From contig CP066697.1 of NCBI GenBank assembly GCA_016432625.1, positions 17,415 to 81,414 on the forward strand: 64,000 nt of DNA, written 5' to 3'. Below, one piece after another: positions 37,576-47,476 of the stretch; positions within the stretch are counted from its first letter, which is position 1; the number at the start of each line of letters is the position of its first letter. The notes below the pieces were generated by a model. That model was not told where the DNA came from. It did no database searches and was given only the letters and a program-made list of their open reading frames with translations. Source of the DNA: Candidatus Berkelbacteria bacterium. GTDB taxonomy: Bacteria; Patescibacteriota; UBA1384; 2-12-FULL-50-11. The position numbers and the translations under genes are program-made.

Positions 37576-38658
37576 TTATTCGAGGGTACGCTGCTCGTCG
37601 ACTGGCGAGCCGCCGGCTTCACTGAAGACCTTCTGGTTGTCAATCTGGTCCATAACTCGTCCTAACTGCCGGCTCCTAGTTGAAGACACAACCTGGAACT
37701 GTTTTGAAGTCGAGTCGAGTCGGGCTCCTAAGGTGTCAAGCTCGCCGGAGAACTTATCGTACTCAGCGCGGAACTTCTGAACTAATTGAATGATCTGATG
37801 GATGTTAGATTGTAAACGGAAGTTAGAGTGGGCCTGTTTGACTAGTCTTAATAGGGCGACGAACGAATACGGCCCGGCTAGTACGACCTTTTTCTGCATC
37901 GCCTCTTCCCAGATGTCGTTAGAGTGCTCATATATATAACTAAAAATCATCTCATTAGGGATAAAGGCGATGGCGAAATCAACGGTGTTGTCCTCTTGAT
38001 TAATATAGTCGCGAGTCGCGATTTGTTTAATTTTTTCCCTAACGTCGCGTTGAAATTGAGCGAAATGGCGCTTCTTTTCTTCGGCGTCGCTTGCCTCGAC
38101 GAATTTCTGCAGGTTTTGATACGGAAACTTAACGTCGATATTAACCTTGGTTTTGTCAGGCAGTACCAGAGTGAAGTCCGGCCGTCCCTCGCCAGCCTGT
38201 GTTTGAGAGAAATAGTCTTGGTTAATAACGAAGCCCGCCATTTTCAACAGGTCCTCGGCAATGCGCTCGCCAAAAGCGCCGCGCATTTGGTTGTTGCTGA
38301 GAATATTTTTCAGCTGATCTGTTGAACCGCGTAACTCACTGGCAAGCTGCTTGTGGGTTTCGAGCTCTTTTTTGAGTTCCGAAAATGACGAGATACGCTC
38401 TTTCTCGCTCTCCATGAATTGGCGGTTTGTTTCGGTGACGTGTTTGCGTAACTCGTCGACAATACCCTTGATAACGTCTTTCTTGCCCTCAAGGTCAGTC
38501 TTCATCTCTTCTTTATCGCTCGACAGCTTTTCTTTAGCGATGGCGATAATTTGCTCAGTATCGTGGCGACGGGATCGTAAGAAAAAATAAGTCAGAGCTG
38601 CGCCGACGAAAACACCGACGGCAACTCCGCCAACAGCAACGTAAACAATGGGATTCAT
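37576..38658 (-). CDS. rmuC: DNA recombination protein RmuC
   Basis: N-terminal TM and coiled coil, RGAFGE, RPD..LVLPD..NIDVKFP, DFAIAFIPNE. Confidence 0.93.
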   Translation of the reverse strand: MNPIVYVAVGGVAVGVFVGAALTYFFLRSRRHDTEQIIAIAKEKLSSDKEEMKTDLEGKKDVIKGIVDELRKHVTETNRQFMESEKERISSFSELKKELETHKQLASELRGSTDQLKNILSNNQMRGAFGERIAEDLLKMAGFVINQDYFSQTQAGEGRPDFTLVLPDKTKVNIDVKFPYQNLQKFVEASDAEEKKRHFAQFQRDVREKIKQIATRDYINQEDNTVDFAIAFIPNEMIFSYIYEHSNDIWEEAMQKKVVLAGPYSFVALLRLVKQAHSNFRLQSNIHQIIQLVQKFRAEYDKFSGELDTLGARLDSTSKQFQVVSSTRSRQLGRVMDQIDNQKVFSEAGGSPVDEQRTLE

Positions 38659-38705
38659 GCTCCCATCATTCTACCTAATATTGGCTAGTGGTAAACTCTA
38701 CGAAC

Positions 38706-38927
38706 CTATTTCTTGCGCAACAAGCCCAGCTCGAGCTGGATGTATCCCAGGCCAATAATTACCAAGCCGCCCATTACTTTGAGCGACGGAAAAGCGACGA
38801 TCAGCTCATTCGCGCTAACGTTAGTGAGCCAACCGACTAATCCAAAAGCCAAGATCGCTGCGCCGAGAATGATCATTGTCATCGCGACGGCAACGAACGG
38901 CTTATCCTCTCTTTTATGCCAAAACAT
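38706..38927 (-). CDS. Small two-TM membrane protein
   Basis: AAGGAGG SD, two hydrophobic helices. Confidence 0.7.
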   Translation of the reverse strand: MFWHKREDKPFVAVAMTMIILGAAILAFGLVGWLTNVSANELIVAFPSLKVMGGLVIIGLGYIQLELGLLRKK

Positions 38928-38996
38928 TTTCCCTCCTTATACTATAAGTAAAGCACCCCATCGCGCTTCGGCGCAACAGGGTGCTTAGAGACGAGC

Positions 38997-39917
38997 TCAA
39001 ACGGCTTCAAGGAAGGACTTGATATCTTCCTCTCTGACGTCCGGCTCGCCGGGGGAGACATTGTCGAGACGACCTTCTTCAAGCCAACGAGCAAGGACTG
39101 CAAGTTGTTCAAAGAGGTGATCGAAGTTCTCGACGAAGAACAGCAGCGGCTGGAAGTGGTGAATCTCAAAGTACTGGTTGATCACCCACCTTAGGTCAAG
39201 CGGAAAGCGCTGAACCTGCGGCGAAACGATACTGTGGCGAATCTCAGCGTGGGAGCTAAGCAAGCCACTACCGTAAACTTTGAGACGACCGTCTCGATCC
39301 GATTCCATCAGGCCGAATTCCACCGTGAACCAAAAGACCCGAGCCAGCGCCTTGATGTTCGAGGCGACAACATCGATCTGCTCGTCGCCTCGAAACTCGC
39401 TTTGAGAGCGCTTGGCAGCTCGCTGAGCCACCTTGCCGAATTGAACCAAGTTGTCGGCAAAACGCCGGTTAGTGTGCATCGGTACGTGTCCGGCAATGTC
39501 GTGAAACATGTCCGGCTCCGGCAGATAGCCGAGCTTTTTGCCATCGCGAACGGTGACAGTAGTTGGAAACTCCCGATTCCTTAGACATTGAAAGAATAAG
39601 AAAGCAGGAACGTAGCCGCTCACCCCTTTGGCTTGGAAGCCGGTCAGGGGTTCGAGGAAACGGTTGATGTCTCCAAAGTTCGGCACTTGGTCCGGCTGGA
39701 GGTTCAAGGCCGTTACACCTTCCAGAAACTCCGGGACGGCGAACTGCCGCCAGCGCGGCATTTGCCGCAGGTAAAGTCGTCGCCAGGTATCGTGGTTAGC
39801 CTGGCTATAGCATTCGTAAGGTTGACGCGGCAGGTAGAACTCACCATTTTCATTAGCTTGTTCTAGCCAGGGCGTCTTGGTCGTGGTTAGGCCTGAGCCA
39901 GGGGTACCAAACTCCAT
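38997..39917 (-). CDS. phhA: Phenylalanine 4-monooxygenase (pterin-dependent aromatic amino acid hydroxylase)
   Basis: YLPEPDMFHDIAGHVP (Fe ligands), FWFTVEFGL, YGSGLLSS, FQPLLF. Confidence 0.9.
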   Translation of the reverse strand: MEFGTPGSGLTTTKTPWLEQANENGEFYLPRQPYECYSQANHDTWRRLYLRQMPRWRQFAVPEFLEGVTALNLQPDQVPNFGDINRFLEPLTGFQAKGVSGYVPAFLFFQCLRNREFPTTVTVRDGKKLGYLPEPDMFHDIAGHVPMHTNRRFADNLVQFGKVAQRAAKRSQSEFRGDEQIDVVASNIKALARVFWFTVEFGLMESDRDGRLKVYGSGLLSSHAEIRHSIVSPQVQRFPLDLRWVINQYFEIHHFQPLLFFVENFDHLFEQLAVLARWLEEGRLDNVSPGEPDVREEDIKSFLEAV

Positions 39918-40099
39918 TATCCGATAGCCTCCGATATGTCGAGGAGCGATTCCTCAATCTGGGGGAATTTTAGCACGTGTTTAAATCAAAAGAAGTATTT
40001 ATTGTTCAAGCAGAACAGTCGTTAATTATAAAAAGCGAACAGGCCCGCGGAGGAATCCCCACGGGCCTGGATGGTTGCGTTGAAGCTAGAAGCCGCGAG

Positions 40100-40960
40100 C
40101 TAAAAGAAGCTTTCGGTCATCTTGGCAACGCGCTGGTAGTTGTCGCTGATCTTGGCCATGGCTTCGGCCTTGGCCTCCGGGTCATCGGTGCTGAGGTTTC
40201 GGTAAACCTGCTTGTCCAACATTCCATCGGGCTGACCGTAGTGCCAAATGCGCCACGAGTCGTTATCGATCACATCGGCGAGAATGAGGCGACCATAGCG
40301 GTCGAACCCGAACTCGACCTTTAAGTCGACAAGTACCATGTGGTGCTTCAACCACGCCCGCTCCAACGTTTCGAAGACCGAGGCTGCCCCGAGCCGCATC
40401 AAGTTGATGTGGTTCTCGTTGAGACCCAGCGCCTCGACTTCTCGAGGGCTGAGCTTGCCAAGTTCGGTTACGGCCGAGATCGGTTGCTTGGCATCGTGTA
40501 GTGAAAACCAAGGCTTTCCGTTTTCGCCGAACTTGCAGATCATGATCGGGTCGTGCTCGGCATCATCCTTGTAGAAGAACTCGATCACGAGGTCGGGGAA
40601 CTTTGTCCCCTCGGCAACATCGGGGTTTCTTTTCAGATACGACCCGGCTACAACCCGTCGGGCGACAACCTCGATCGGGACCATCCTCGCCTTGACAGCG
40701 CGAAAAGTCCGGTCATCGTGGCGAGCAAGGAAATGGGTCGGCACGAGGCCGACGCAGTTGATGAGCTCGAAGACGTTGCAAGTTGTGGTATTTGCCGCAA
40801 CGGCTTTTCCTTCGAGGATGTCGTGTTTGGCGCCATCACCGGCGGTGATGTCGTCTTTTGATTCAACGAGGACAACGTTGAGGTTAGAGGTTGGCCAAAT
40901 AATCTTGGTCTTGCCCTCGGCCAACTGGTCGCCACGTTTTTCTGGGGCTGAGCTGCTCAT
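40100..40960 (-). CDS. purC: Phosphoribosylaminoimidazole-succinocarboxamide synthase
   Basis: EGKTK, KDDITAGDG, PIEVVARR..GSY, LVDLKVEFG, LADVIDNDSWRIW, DKQVYR. Confidence 0.93.
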   Translation of the reverse strand: MSSSAPEKRGDQLAEGKTKIIWPTSNLNVVLVESKDDITAGDGAKHDILEGKAVAANTTTCNVFELINCVGLVPTHFLARHDDRTFRAVKARMVPIEVVARRVVAGSYLKRNPDVAEGTKFPDLVIEFFYKDDAEHDPIMICKFGENGKPWFSLHDAKQPISAVTELGKLSPREVEALGLNENHINLMRLGAASVFETLERAWLKHHMVLVDLKVEFGFDRYGRLILADVIDNDSWRIWHYGQPDGMLDKQVYRNLSTDDPEAKAEAMAKISDNYQRVAKMTESFF

Positions 40961-41060
40961 AGTGTAATGCCTCTAGGTGAAGGGTGCGGCACAAAACAGG
41001 GGTCCTGTGCGCTCAAGGAGGGATTATAAGGTAAAGCCACCTCGATGCCAAGGTATGAAG

Positions 41061-41089
41061 CGAGCCCGCAGGAATTTCCTGCGGGCTCG
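41061..41089. terminator. Hairpin terminator after pyrE (CCGCAGG/CCTGCGG type)
   Basis: cgagcccgcagga-att-tcctgcgggctcg. Confidence 0.7.
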
Positions 41090-41110
41090 TGATCCGTGGC
41101 ACTTGGCGAT

Positions 41111-41848
41111 TTATCGCCTTGCGCCGGTGAGTCGCTGCCAGTTTTCGGCTGGCACTTTGGGCTTGAGGCGCTCCGAGCCCTGTTTGCAGAGCGGGCAGTC
41201 CTCGGGCTCCCAGGTCTCGATGTCGTAGTGGGCCAATCGGAAAATCGGCTGGCCTTCAAACTCCTCGATAGGAGAGCGGTGGACTAGCGTCGCCACGAAC
41301 GGTGCGAAGCGAACCGGTGTACTGTTGCCCGCGATGATGCCGTTACGGACAGCAACGAGAGTTTTCAGCGTTGTCATCAGCTCCTCGACTTGGATGACCG
41401 TGTCTTCGGGCCTGATTTCCAGACGCTGCCAGCGTTGAGCGTCACCGTCTTTTTCGCCACAGCCGTGACGAGCACCTAGACAGTCGGCCACGCTTTTTGA
41501 GAGATCGATAGCGGCGTACGCTGAGCCGATCACCCAGACGTCCCGACCATGTAGATTCGGATACGATTGCTCGATCTGCCGAGCGATCATCGCACCAAAA
41601 AGGTTACAGATCGGGGTGTACGATAGGGCGGGAAGAACGTTGACGAAACCGTCGCTGCACTTCCCGCTAGTCAGAATGGCGTGCGGATCCTCGGGGTTGC
41701 CCGAGTGCATCCAGAAGCAGTCAGCGAGCCTGAGGATGTGAGTCACCTCCTCCTGGCTCATAACGCCCGCGATATCGTCGGGGCGAAGGTCGAGAATCTC
41801 GTCGATCGTTTGAGCAGCGAGAATTGAGGTCATAGCAGGGTTCATCAT
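41111..41848 (-). CDS. pyrE: Orotate phosphoribosyltransferase (Thermus-type, divergent)
   Basis: HAILTSGKCSD, PRPP-loop-like VIQVEELMTT, C-terminal WEPEDCPLC..KP; adjacent to pyrF. Confidence 0.75.
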   Translation of the reverse strand: MMNPAMTSILAAQTIDEILDLRPDDIAGVMSQEEVTHILRLADCFWMHSGNPEDPHAILTSGKCSDGFVNVLPALSYTPICNLFGAMIARQIEQSYPNLHGRDVWVIGSAYAAIDLSKSVADCLGARHGCGEKDGDAQRWQRLEIRPEDTVIQVEELMTTLKTLVAVRNGIIAGNSTPVRFAPFVATLVHRSPIEEFEGQPIFRLAHYDIETWEPEDCPLCKQGSERLKPKVPAENWQRLTGARR

Positions 41849-41854
41849 CTCTCC

Positions 41855-42691
41855 TCAGGTGGTAGCGATTGGGGCTCGTGCCGCCAGGGCTTGGGCGATT
41901 TCATCAGCGATCAGCGTTACCGCCGAAGCGGAGTCGCCAATCTCAGCAGGCGGTTGGGTGATCGGCCGCCCAATCACTAGATAGTCAGCGCCGAGCGAGA
42001 TTGCCTCGAACGGCGTCATCACTCGGGATTGGTCGTCCTTGCTCGCCCAATCCGGCCTAACACCGGGCGTGACGATAAGAAACCCGGGGCCACAGCATGT
42101 GCGAATAGCCTCGATTTCTTTTGGCGAAGCGACCACGCCATCAGCCCCGCTGTCTTGAGCGAGTTTAGCGAGGCTCACCACCCGTTGTCGAATCTGCTCG
42201 TCGTGCCCACCGTTGCCGCGCTCCACTTCTGTAAACATACTGATTTCGACTAGGTCGTCATAACCCAGGCTAGTCAGGATGGTTACGGCCAGAAGCTTCG
42301 GTCTGGGCGGCACACTGGTTGAGGCGTCGCGCCAACGTCGTTCGTAACCTTCGTCGATGCCCTTGCGCGCCGCTTTCATCATCTTCGACCCGCCATCGGC
42401 GTGGACGTTGAGCATTGAGATTGCGGCGTCTTGCATGAGAATCCGGCAGGCTCGTTCGACGGTGTTGGGGATGTCCTTGAACTTCCCGTCCCAGAAAACC
42501 CCAGCGTTCTGTTGAAAGGCGCGGCTGGCAACACGGTGTGCTGCTCCAGAGCTGATGAGCTCGAAACCGACCTTGAATAGCCCGAGTTGGCCGCCAAGCT
42601 TTTCGATAGGCTCGGCAGCTTCGTTGTAGGTTGAAAAGTCGAGCGGCAGCATTATTCGATCCGCTGCCTCTTTTCGAAGCTGTTTTTCCAT
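41855..42691 (-). CDS. pyrF: Orotidine-5'-phosphate decarboxylase
   Basis: PLD, FKVGFEL, DGKFKDIPNTV, AVTILTS, VTPGVRP, DDQSRVMTP, LVIGRPI. Confidence 0.95.
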   Translation of the reverse strand: MEKQLRKEAADRIMLPLDFSTYNEAAEPIEKLGGQLGLFKVGFELISSGAAHRVASRAFQQNAGVFWDGKFKDIPNTVERACRILMQDAAISMLNVHADGGSKMMKAARKGIDEGYERRWRDASTSVPPRPKLLAVTILTSLGYDDLVEISMFTEVERGNGGHDEQIRQRVVSLAKLAQDSGADGVVASPKEIEAIRTCCGPGFLIVTPGVRPDWASKDDQSRVMTPFEAISLGADYLVIGRPITQPPAEIGDSASAVTLIADEIAQALAARAPIATT

Positions 42692-42865
42692 GTAGTTCTC
42701 CGTACCGTAATGTCAGGATCAATTCCTGTGCGGTCATTGTACGGTAAACAGGACTTACAGTAAAACCTCAGACCCTGTTAAAAATGTCGAGCTTGCCGTA
42801 AAATAATCCCAACGTAATCCGGGGAGGCGGGTTACTGCCTGCACCCTACATTCTGGAGATGAACT

Positions 42866-44341
42866 ATGATAGAACGCTACGCGCAGGAAGACATTACTGC
42901 GATTTTTTCTGACAAGACTAAGGTGAAGCGTTGGCAGGATACTGAGATCGCGGTAACCCAAGCCTACACTGAGAGCCACGAGTTCTCAGAGGCTGATTTC
43001 CGCGAATTCAAGGGCGCTTTGCTCGCCCATCCTGTCGACCTGAAGTGGTGGAAGCGCCGCGACGAAAAGATCCACCACGATCTCAATGCCTTTCTGGAGG
43101 AACGTGCGCGGCGCCTGCCGACACGCCTTCAGCCGTTGCTTCATAGCAACATGACCAGCTACGACACCCAGGAAGCGGCTTTTGCCCGGACTCTCATCGA
43201 TGCGAGCCACCTGGTCCTGAAGGAACTGGCGAAACTCAAAGAGGTGTTGCAGGCCCAAGCGCTTAAACACCGCTTCTCTCTAATGGTTGGCAAAACACAC
43301 GGCCAGCAAGGCGAGCTGCAGACTCACGGTAAACGCTGCATCACTTGGCTACGAGCGCTTGAGGCCGACCGTCTGCTCATTGAGCAGGCGAAAGCCAAGC
43401 TGCGCTACTCCAAGATCTCGGGGGCTGTTGGCAACTGGGGGCCAATCCATCCGGACATTGAGCGCCGGGCGTTAGAGATTCTTGGCCTGGAGCCGTATTG
43501 CGGCGCCACTCAGATCATCCCACGTGAGATCTACACGCCTCTGGCGGACGCCCTGGCACAGACAGTGTTGACGATCGACAAGATCGCTCTCGATATCCGT
43601 CTCAACGCTCGGACGCCGTTGCCGCTCTATCACGAACCGTTCGCGAAAGAGCAAAAGGGCTCTTCTGCAATGCCGCATAAGAAGAACCCGATCAACACGG
43701 AGCAGCTTGAGGGAATGGGGCGGATGGCTTCCACGTACGCCGCTGGCATCAAGCAAAACATTCGGACTTGGGAGGAGAGAGCAATCGAGCAGTCATGCGT
43801 CGAGCGTGTGTTTTGGCCGGATTTGTTCCACGTCACAATGCGCGCCGTCTCGGTGCTAACCAAGGTACTGAAGGGCCTGGTCATCTATCGGCACAACATG
43901 CTGATCGAGATCATTCTCAGCCGGGGCTGCTACGCCACGGCCGGTGCCAAAGAGGTGCTGAAGCAACTCGTCGAGCCGCATGGCTTGAAGGCCGAGGACG
44001 CTTACCGGGTAATTCAACTCGCGGCGTTCAACATCTTCGAGTACAGCGGGCCAGTGCTCAGTATGCCAAAGTCACTCGACCAGGCGGAGCAGCAACTTGC
44101 CGAGTTCACGGCGACTTGGCAGTTCGAGACTCAGCCGACGACGTTAGCCGATTATGTGATGCGCGCCGAGCTGCAGCCGTCGTCACAGCTCAAGGCCTCA
44201 GCTTGGAAGATCAAGCAGTGGAACCGAGCTCTACGCAAAGTTTTTGTCTGCCCGCAGGCGAGACTTGAGTGGACGGAAGCGTTCCGGCCGACGAACGTGC
44301 TGAAGCACGAGGCCCATCTCTTCGAACAACTCTGCGCTTAA
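42866..44341 (+). CDS. purB: Adenylosuccinate lyase
   Basis: MIERY, HHDLNAF, TSYD, GKTHGQ, SGAVG, KGSSAMPHKKNP. Confidence 0.9.
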   Translation: MIERYAQEDITAIFSDKTKVKRWQDTEIAVTQAYTESHEFSEADFREFKGALLAHPVDLKWWKRRDEKIHHDLNAFLEERARRLPTRLQPLLHSNMTSYDTQEAAFARTLIDASHLVLKELAKLKEVLQAQALKHRFSLMVGKTHGQQGELQTHGKRCITWLRALEADRLLIEQAKAKLRYSKISGAVGNWGPIHPDIERRALEILGLEPYCGATQIIPREIYTPLADALAQTVLTIDKIALDIRLNARTPLPLYHEPFAKEQKGSSAMPHKKNPINTEQLEGMGRMASTYAAGIKQNIRTWEERAIEQSCVERVFWPDLFHVTMRAVSVLTKVLKGLVIYRHNMLIEIILSRGCYATAGAKEVLKQLVEPHGLKAEDAYRVIQLAAFNIFEYSGPVLSMPKSLDQAEQQLAEFTATWQFETQPTTLADYVMRAELQPSSQLKASAWKIKQWNRALRKVFVCPQARLEWTEAFRPTNVLKHEAHLFEQLCA

Positions 44342-44356
44342 CGGCGCACACAGCCG

Positions 44357-44388
44357 AAAGGCGACCTTCCCAGTGGAGGTCGCCTTTT
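44357..44388. terminator. Bidirectional hairpin terminator (purB / msrA)
   Basis: aaaggcgaccttc-ccagt-ggaggtcgcctttt. Confidence 0.75.
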
Positions 44389-44403
44389 CAGTCGCCTATG
44401 GTT

Positions 44404-44892
44404 CTAATGAATTGATTTTAGGTCGATATGGCAGTAACCGCCGGGATGTTTCTCTAAGTAGCGCTGGTGCTCCTCTTCGGCGGGGTAGAATTTATCCAGT
44501 GGCCTGATTTGAGTCACAATCGCTTCGTCGTAAGTACCTGATTTCTCAAGGTCTTCTTTGGATTTTTCCGCGGCAATTCTCTGCGCTTCGTTGTGATAAA
44601 AGATCACTGCCTGGTACTGCGGTCCAACGTCGTTACCCTGCCGGTTTTCGAGGGTTGGGTCATGAATCTGCCAAAAAATCTCTAGCAACCGCTCGTAGGA
44701 AATCTTTTTCTGGTCGAACGTAATCTGTAGCGCTTCGACGTGGCCAGTCCGGCCGCCGCAGACTTGTGAATAAGTGGGACTATCGACATAACCGCCCGTG
44801 TAACCGGCGACAGTCCCAACTATGCCCTTCCGCATACGAAAAGCGGCTTCAACGCCCCAAAAACAACCGGCGCCAAACGTTGCTTTATCCAT
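44404..44892 (-). CDS. msrA: Peptide methionine sulfoxide reductase A
   Basis: GAGCFWGVE, TGHVE, HDPT..RQGNDVGPQY, FYPAEEEHQRY. Confidence 0.97.
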   Translation of the reverse strand: MDKATFGAGCFWGVEAAFRMRKGIVGTVAGYTGGYVDSPTYSQVCGGRTGHVEALQITFDQKKISYERLLEIFWQIHDPTLENRQGNDVGPQYQAVIFYHNEAQRIAAEKSKEDLEKSGTYDEAIVTQIRPLDKFYPAEEEHQRYLEKHPGGYCHIDLKSIH

Positions 44893-44973
44893 ATTTAAAT
44901 TATCGCATATCGGGGTAGTAAAACTGACGCCCCACAGATTCTGTGGGGCGTCTTTGGGGAGGGTCAGGGCGAT

Positions 44974-45465
44974 TTAGGGTCTACTAACAACCAGCAGGCC
45001 CTCGCTCGCTCGAGAGAGTTTGGAGCCAGGTCCCACCAGGCGGCCAAGGCGGTTGGCCTCAATGAGATCAGCCTGGGTAATTGGCGGCTTGTAGTTGCCG
45101 TTCAACACCACGTAGCCGGTCTCCGTTCCCAACACTACCTCGAGACGCCAGCCCTCCTCGGCCACTAGCAGCTCGCCAAGGGCCTTGGGACCGATCTGGC
45201 TGTCGAAGAACAATGCGACCTTCGACGGCCAGCCCTCGTGCTCGGCGTAGACCGAGCAGCAGCCTCGGACCAGCTTCGGCGCCATCATGGCTAGACTGTT
45301 TGTGGGAATGTGCTCCGTAGCACGAGCCAGTAGCTGCAGCTGGAACCAGGCAGCCTCTTCCGTGCTGAAGGGCGGCTGCAAAACGGTCTCAACGGCCTTA
45401 TGCAGAACCTTCCAACCCGGAGTCTTCGGCGCCTGATGGGCGTTGAGATTCCTTGATTTCGACAT
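44974..45465 (-). CDS. Hypothetical protein
   Basis: AGGAG SD; followed by hairpin 44926-44952 (gacgccccacag-att-ctgtggggcgtc). Confidence 0.6.
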   Translation of the reverse strand: MSKSRNLNAHQAPKTPGWKVLHKAVETVLQPPFSTEEAAWFQLQLLARATEHIPTNSLAMMAPKLVRGCCSVYAEHEGWPSKVALFFDSQIGPKALGELLVAEEGWRLEVVLGTETGYVVLNGNYKPPITQADLIEANRLGRLVGPGSKLSRASEGLLVVSRP

Positions 45466-45623
45466 CGTTACGAACTCTCCTTGTCAGCTTTTTAGCTGAC
45501 GGGTGGGACAATACTACTCGGTTCAGCCCCTAGAGTCAAGGAGGGCGAGGAAGTTTTTATAAAGAAGTGGGCCAGCCGGAAATCCGGCTGGCCCTGCCCT
45601 TATTAGGGGCGTAGTCGTCGAGT

Positions 45624-46226
45624 CTAGAAGCGGAACACGGTCGTGAAGCGGAGCTCGTCTCCCCTTCCGTTGCGAGTCCCCTTCAGAAATGCCAGTCGCA
45701 GCGTGACGTTGTCCGCGATCTGGTAGGCGGCGACGGGGCCAAGCCGAAGCTGGCTCCAATCGCTCTGGGTAACATAGGAACCTTCCAGCCCAAACCTCAA
45801 ACGGCGCTCCTCTCCGAGGAACAACCGCGCGGCCGGGATAAAAAGGGTCGGCCTCGCTCCCTGCTCGCCGATCAGCGAACCAGTCACGAAAAGTGACCAG
45901 TTTTTACCGCTGCCGTCGAGGGTGAAGGCCGGGCCCGTCTGGCGAACTCCTTGGGCGAACGCCACGAAGACGCCCGGGGTGAAGTTCAGCGATCCCAACT
46001 TGAGAGGCTTCTTGAGGTAGCCCTCAAGCCAAGCCAGAGGCTGGGGTTGATTCCAGCCAAACACGTAGAGCGACAGGTCCGCGTCCCTGGTGCCAAAGTC
46101 GATCCAGCAGTGCTGAGCCGTTTGAAAACCGGGGTGGTGGAACGCTGAGAAGCCGGCACCAGTTACCTGGGCCTGGGCGAGCGAGGTCGCCGCGACGACG
46201 AATGCGATTGCGAGGTATCTATTCAC
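45624..46226 (-). CDS. Secreted protein with outer-membrane beta-barrel features
   Basis: Signal peptide ending AQA, alternating hydrophobic beta-strands with aromatic residues, C-terminus LRFTTVFRF; hairpin 45569-45594 downstream. Confidence 0.65.
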   Translation of the reverse strand: MNRYLAIAFVVAATSLAQAQVTGAGFSAFHHPGFQTAQHCWIDFGTRDADLSLYVFGWNQPQPLAWLEGYLKKPLKLGSLNFTPGVFVAFAQGVRQTGPAFTLDGSGKNWSLFVTGSLIGEQGARPTLFIPAARLFLGEERRLRFGLEGSYVTQSDWSQLRLGPVAAYQIADNVTLRLAFLKGTRNGRGDELRFTTVFRF

Positions 46227-46276
46227 GTTCTATTCCTATGGTGTGTTGCCAGGGACCAGAGGACGATGCCCTCCGA

Positions 46277-47476
46277 TCAGACGACGAGCGTCTGAACCGT
46301 CAAGGGCACGTGGGTTATCTCGCGGATCGGGCCAGGCCGAATTTTGCGCTCAGGGTTGTAAAACAACTGAGGCGAACTTAGCGGCAAGGCGGTGATCGTT
46401 ATCGAATTCTCGGCTAGTGCCATCTGGGCGATGCCGACAGGCCAAGGCGGGTCGGGGTCTGTAGTGCCGAAGGCGACCGCAAGGTTGTGGCTTGCAGTGA
46501 TGCAGGCCTCACCCTTAGCGGTGTCGTTGTTGGGCGTTGACGATGCGAGGCTGAGTAGCGGTAGCAACAACAGCATGACGCTGAGCGCTGTGACTAGGCT
46601 CCAGCGCGGGATGTTGCTCTGGCGCAGTTGAGCTCGCCAGGCGCGGAAGCGTCGATGGTTGCTAGCGACTTTGCGGACGAAGAGCCGGTCTGCTCGCGAG
46701 AGCGGGCCGAACAACTTCTTCCAACTCCGGCCGCTCCGCCGGAGCTCCGCTTCCGCGATGACCTCTCGCCATGTGTCGAAAGGATAACGCCATAAGTCGA
46801 TCGGCCAGCAGATGATTGCCTTGATCCAGCGTCGCAACTTCTGTAGATCGCTCAGATTTCCGTTAGAGCCAAAGGCCCGCAGTGGATAAGTTAGCGCACT
46901 CAAGAAGGCGATCTTGCCGTAGCTTGCAACCAGCCAGACGGCAAAGCCCCAGATCCACATGTACCAAGGTACTGGTGGAGACTTGGGCAACTTCGCTGCC
47001 CTAGCCGCTTCAGAAGAAGCTACTAGTTGGCTAAGTTCGGATCGTAGCTTCTGGCGGAATTGCTCGGTCTTGTCCTGCTCTTCTTTCAGAACCTTCTGGA
47101 CGGCTGGATTATCCCAGCCGTTTTCGATGTTCTGTTGAGCAAGACGCTGGAGTTCCAGCATGTCACCGAACGTGGTCGCGGCTTCAAACTTGATCTCGTA
47201 AACGTATGAGTCGCGGAGATCGGAGAAGTATTCTGGAATGCTATAGGCTTGTCCAAGCTTCTTAGCCCGATCAACCTTTTGTCGTAGTAGGTTGCCCCAC
47301 TCCGATTGCTTTTCGAGTCGAAGATGGGCGTTAGGGTTAGTGTCGCGGATCCATTCCGAAAAGTTCCGGCCGACCCAGCTGCCAAGCCCCGTGGCCCAAA
47401 AAATCATAAATATAAAGATCACTACTTGAGGAAGCCCGCAGAGCTCCTCACGCAGCGACCGCTTGTCGTCTAACAT
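46277..47476 (-). CDS. Hypothetical multi-TM membrane protein
   Basis: AAGGAG SD before ATG 47476; TM segments flanking a coiled coil; Trp/Arg-rich. Confidence 0.65.
   Translation of the reverse strand: MLDDKRSLREELCGLPQVVIFIFMIFWATGLGSWVGRNFSEWIRDTNPNAHLRLEKQSEWGNLLRQKVDRAKKLGQAYSIPEYFSDLRDSYVYEIKFEAATTFGDMLELQRLAQQNIENGWDNPAVQKVLKEEQDKTEQFRQKLRSELSQLVASSEAARAAKLPKSPPVPWYMWIWGFAVWLVASYGKIAFLSALTYPLRAFGSNGNLSDLQKLRRWIKAIICWPIDLWRYPFDTWREVIAEAELRRSGRSWKKLFGPLSRADRLFVRKVASNHRRFRAWRAQLRQSNIPRWSLVTALSVMLLLLPLLSLASSTPNNDTAKGEACITASHNLAVAFGTTDPDPPWPVGIAQMALAENSITITALPLSSPQLFYNPERKIRPGPIREITHVPLTVQTLVV

Noticed and set aside
42692-42865. ZTP riboswitch or PyrR attenuator between pyrF and purB
   Set aside because: Only short hairpins and a ccggggag fragment; the other conserved consensus elements are not recognisable
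40100-44341. Z-base (PurZ) or modified-base pathway
   Set aside because: No PurA/PurZ homolog or phage context; PurB and PurC motifs are canonical
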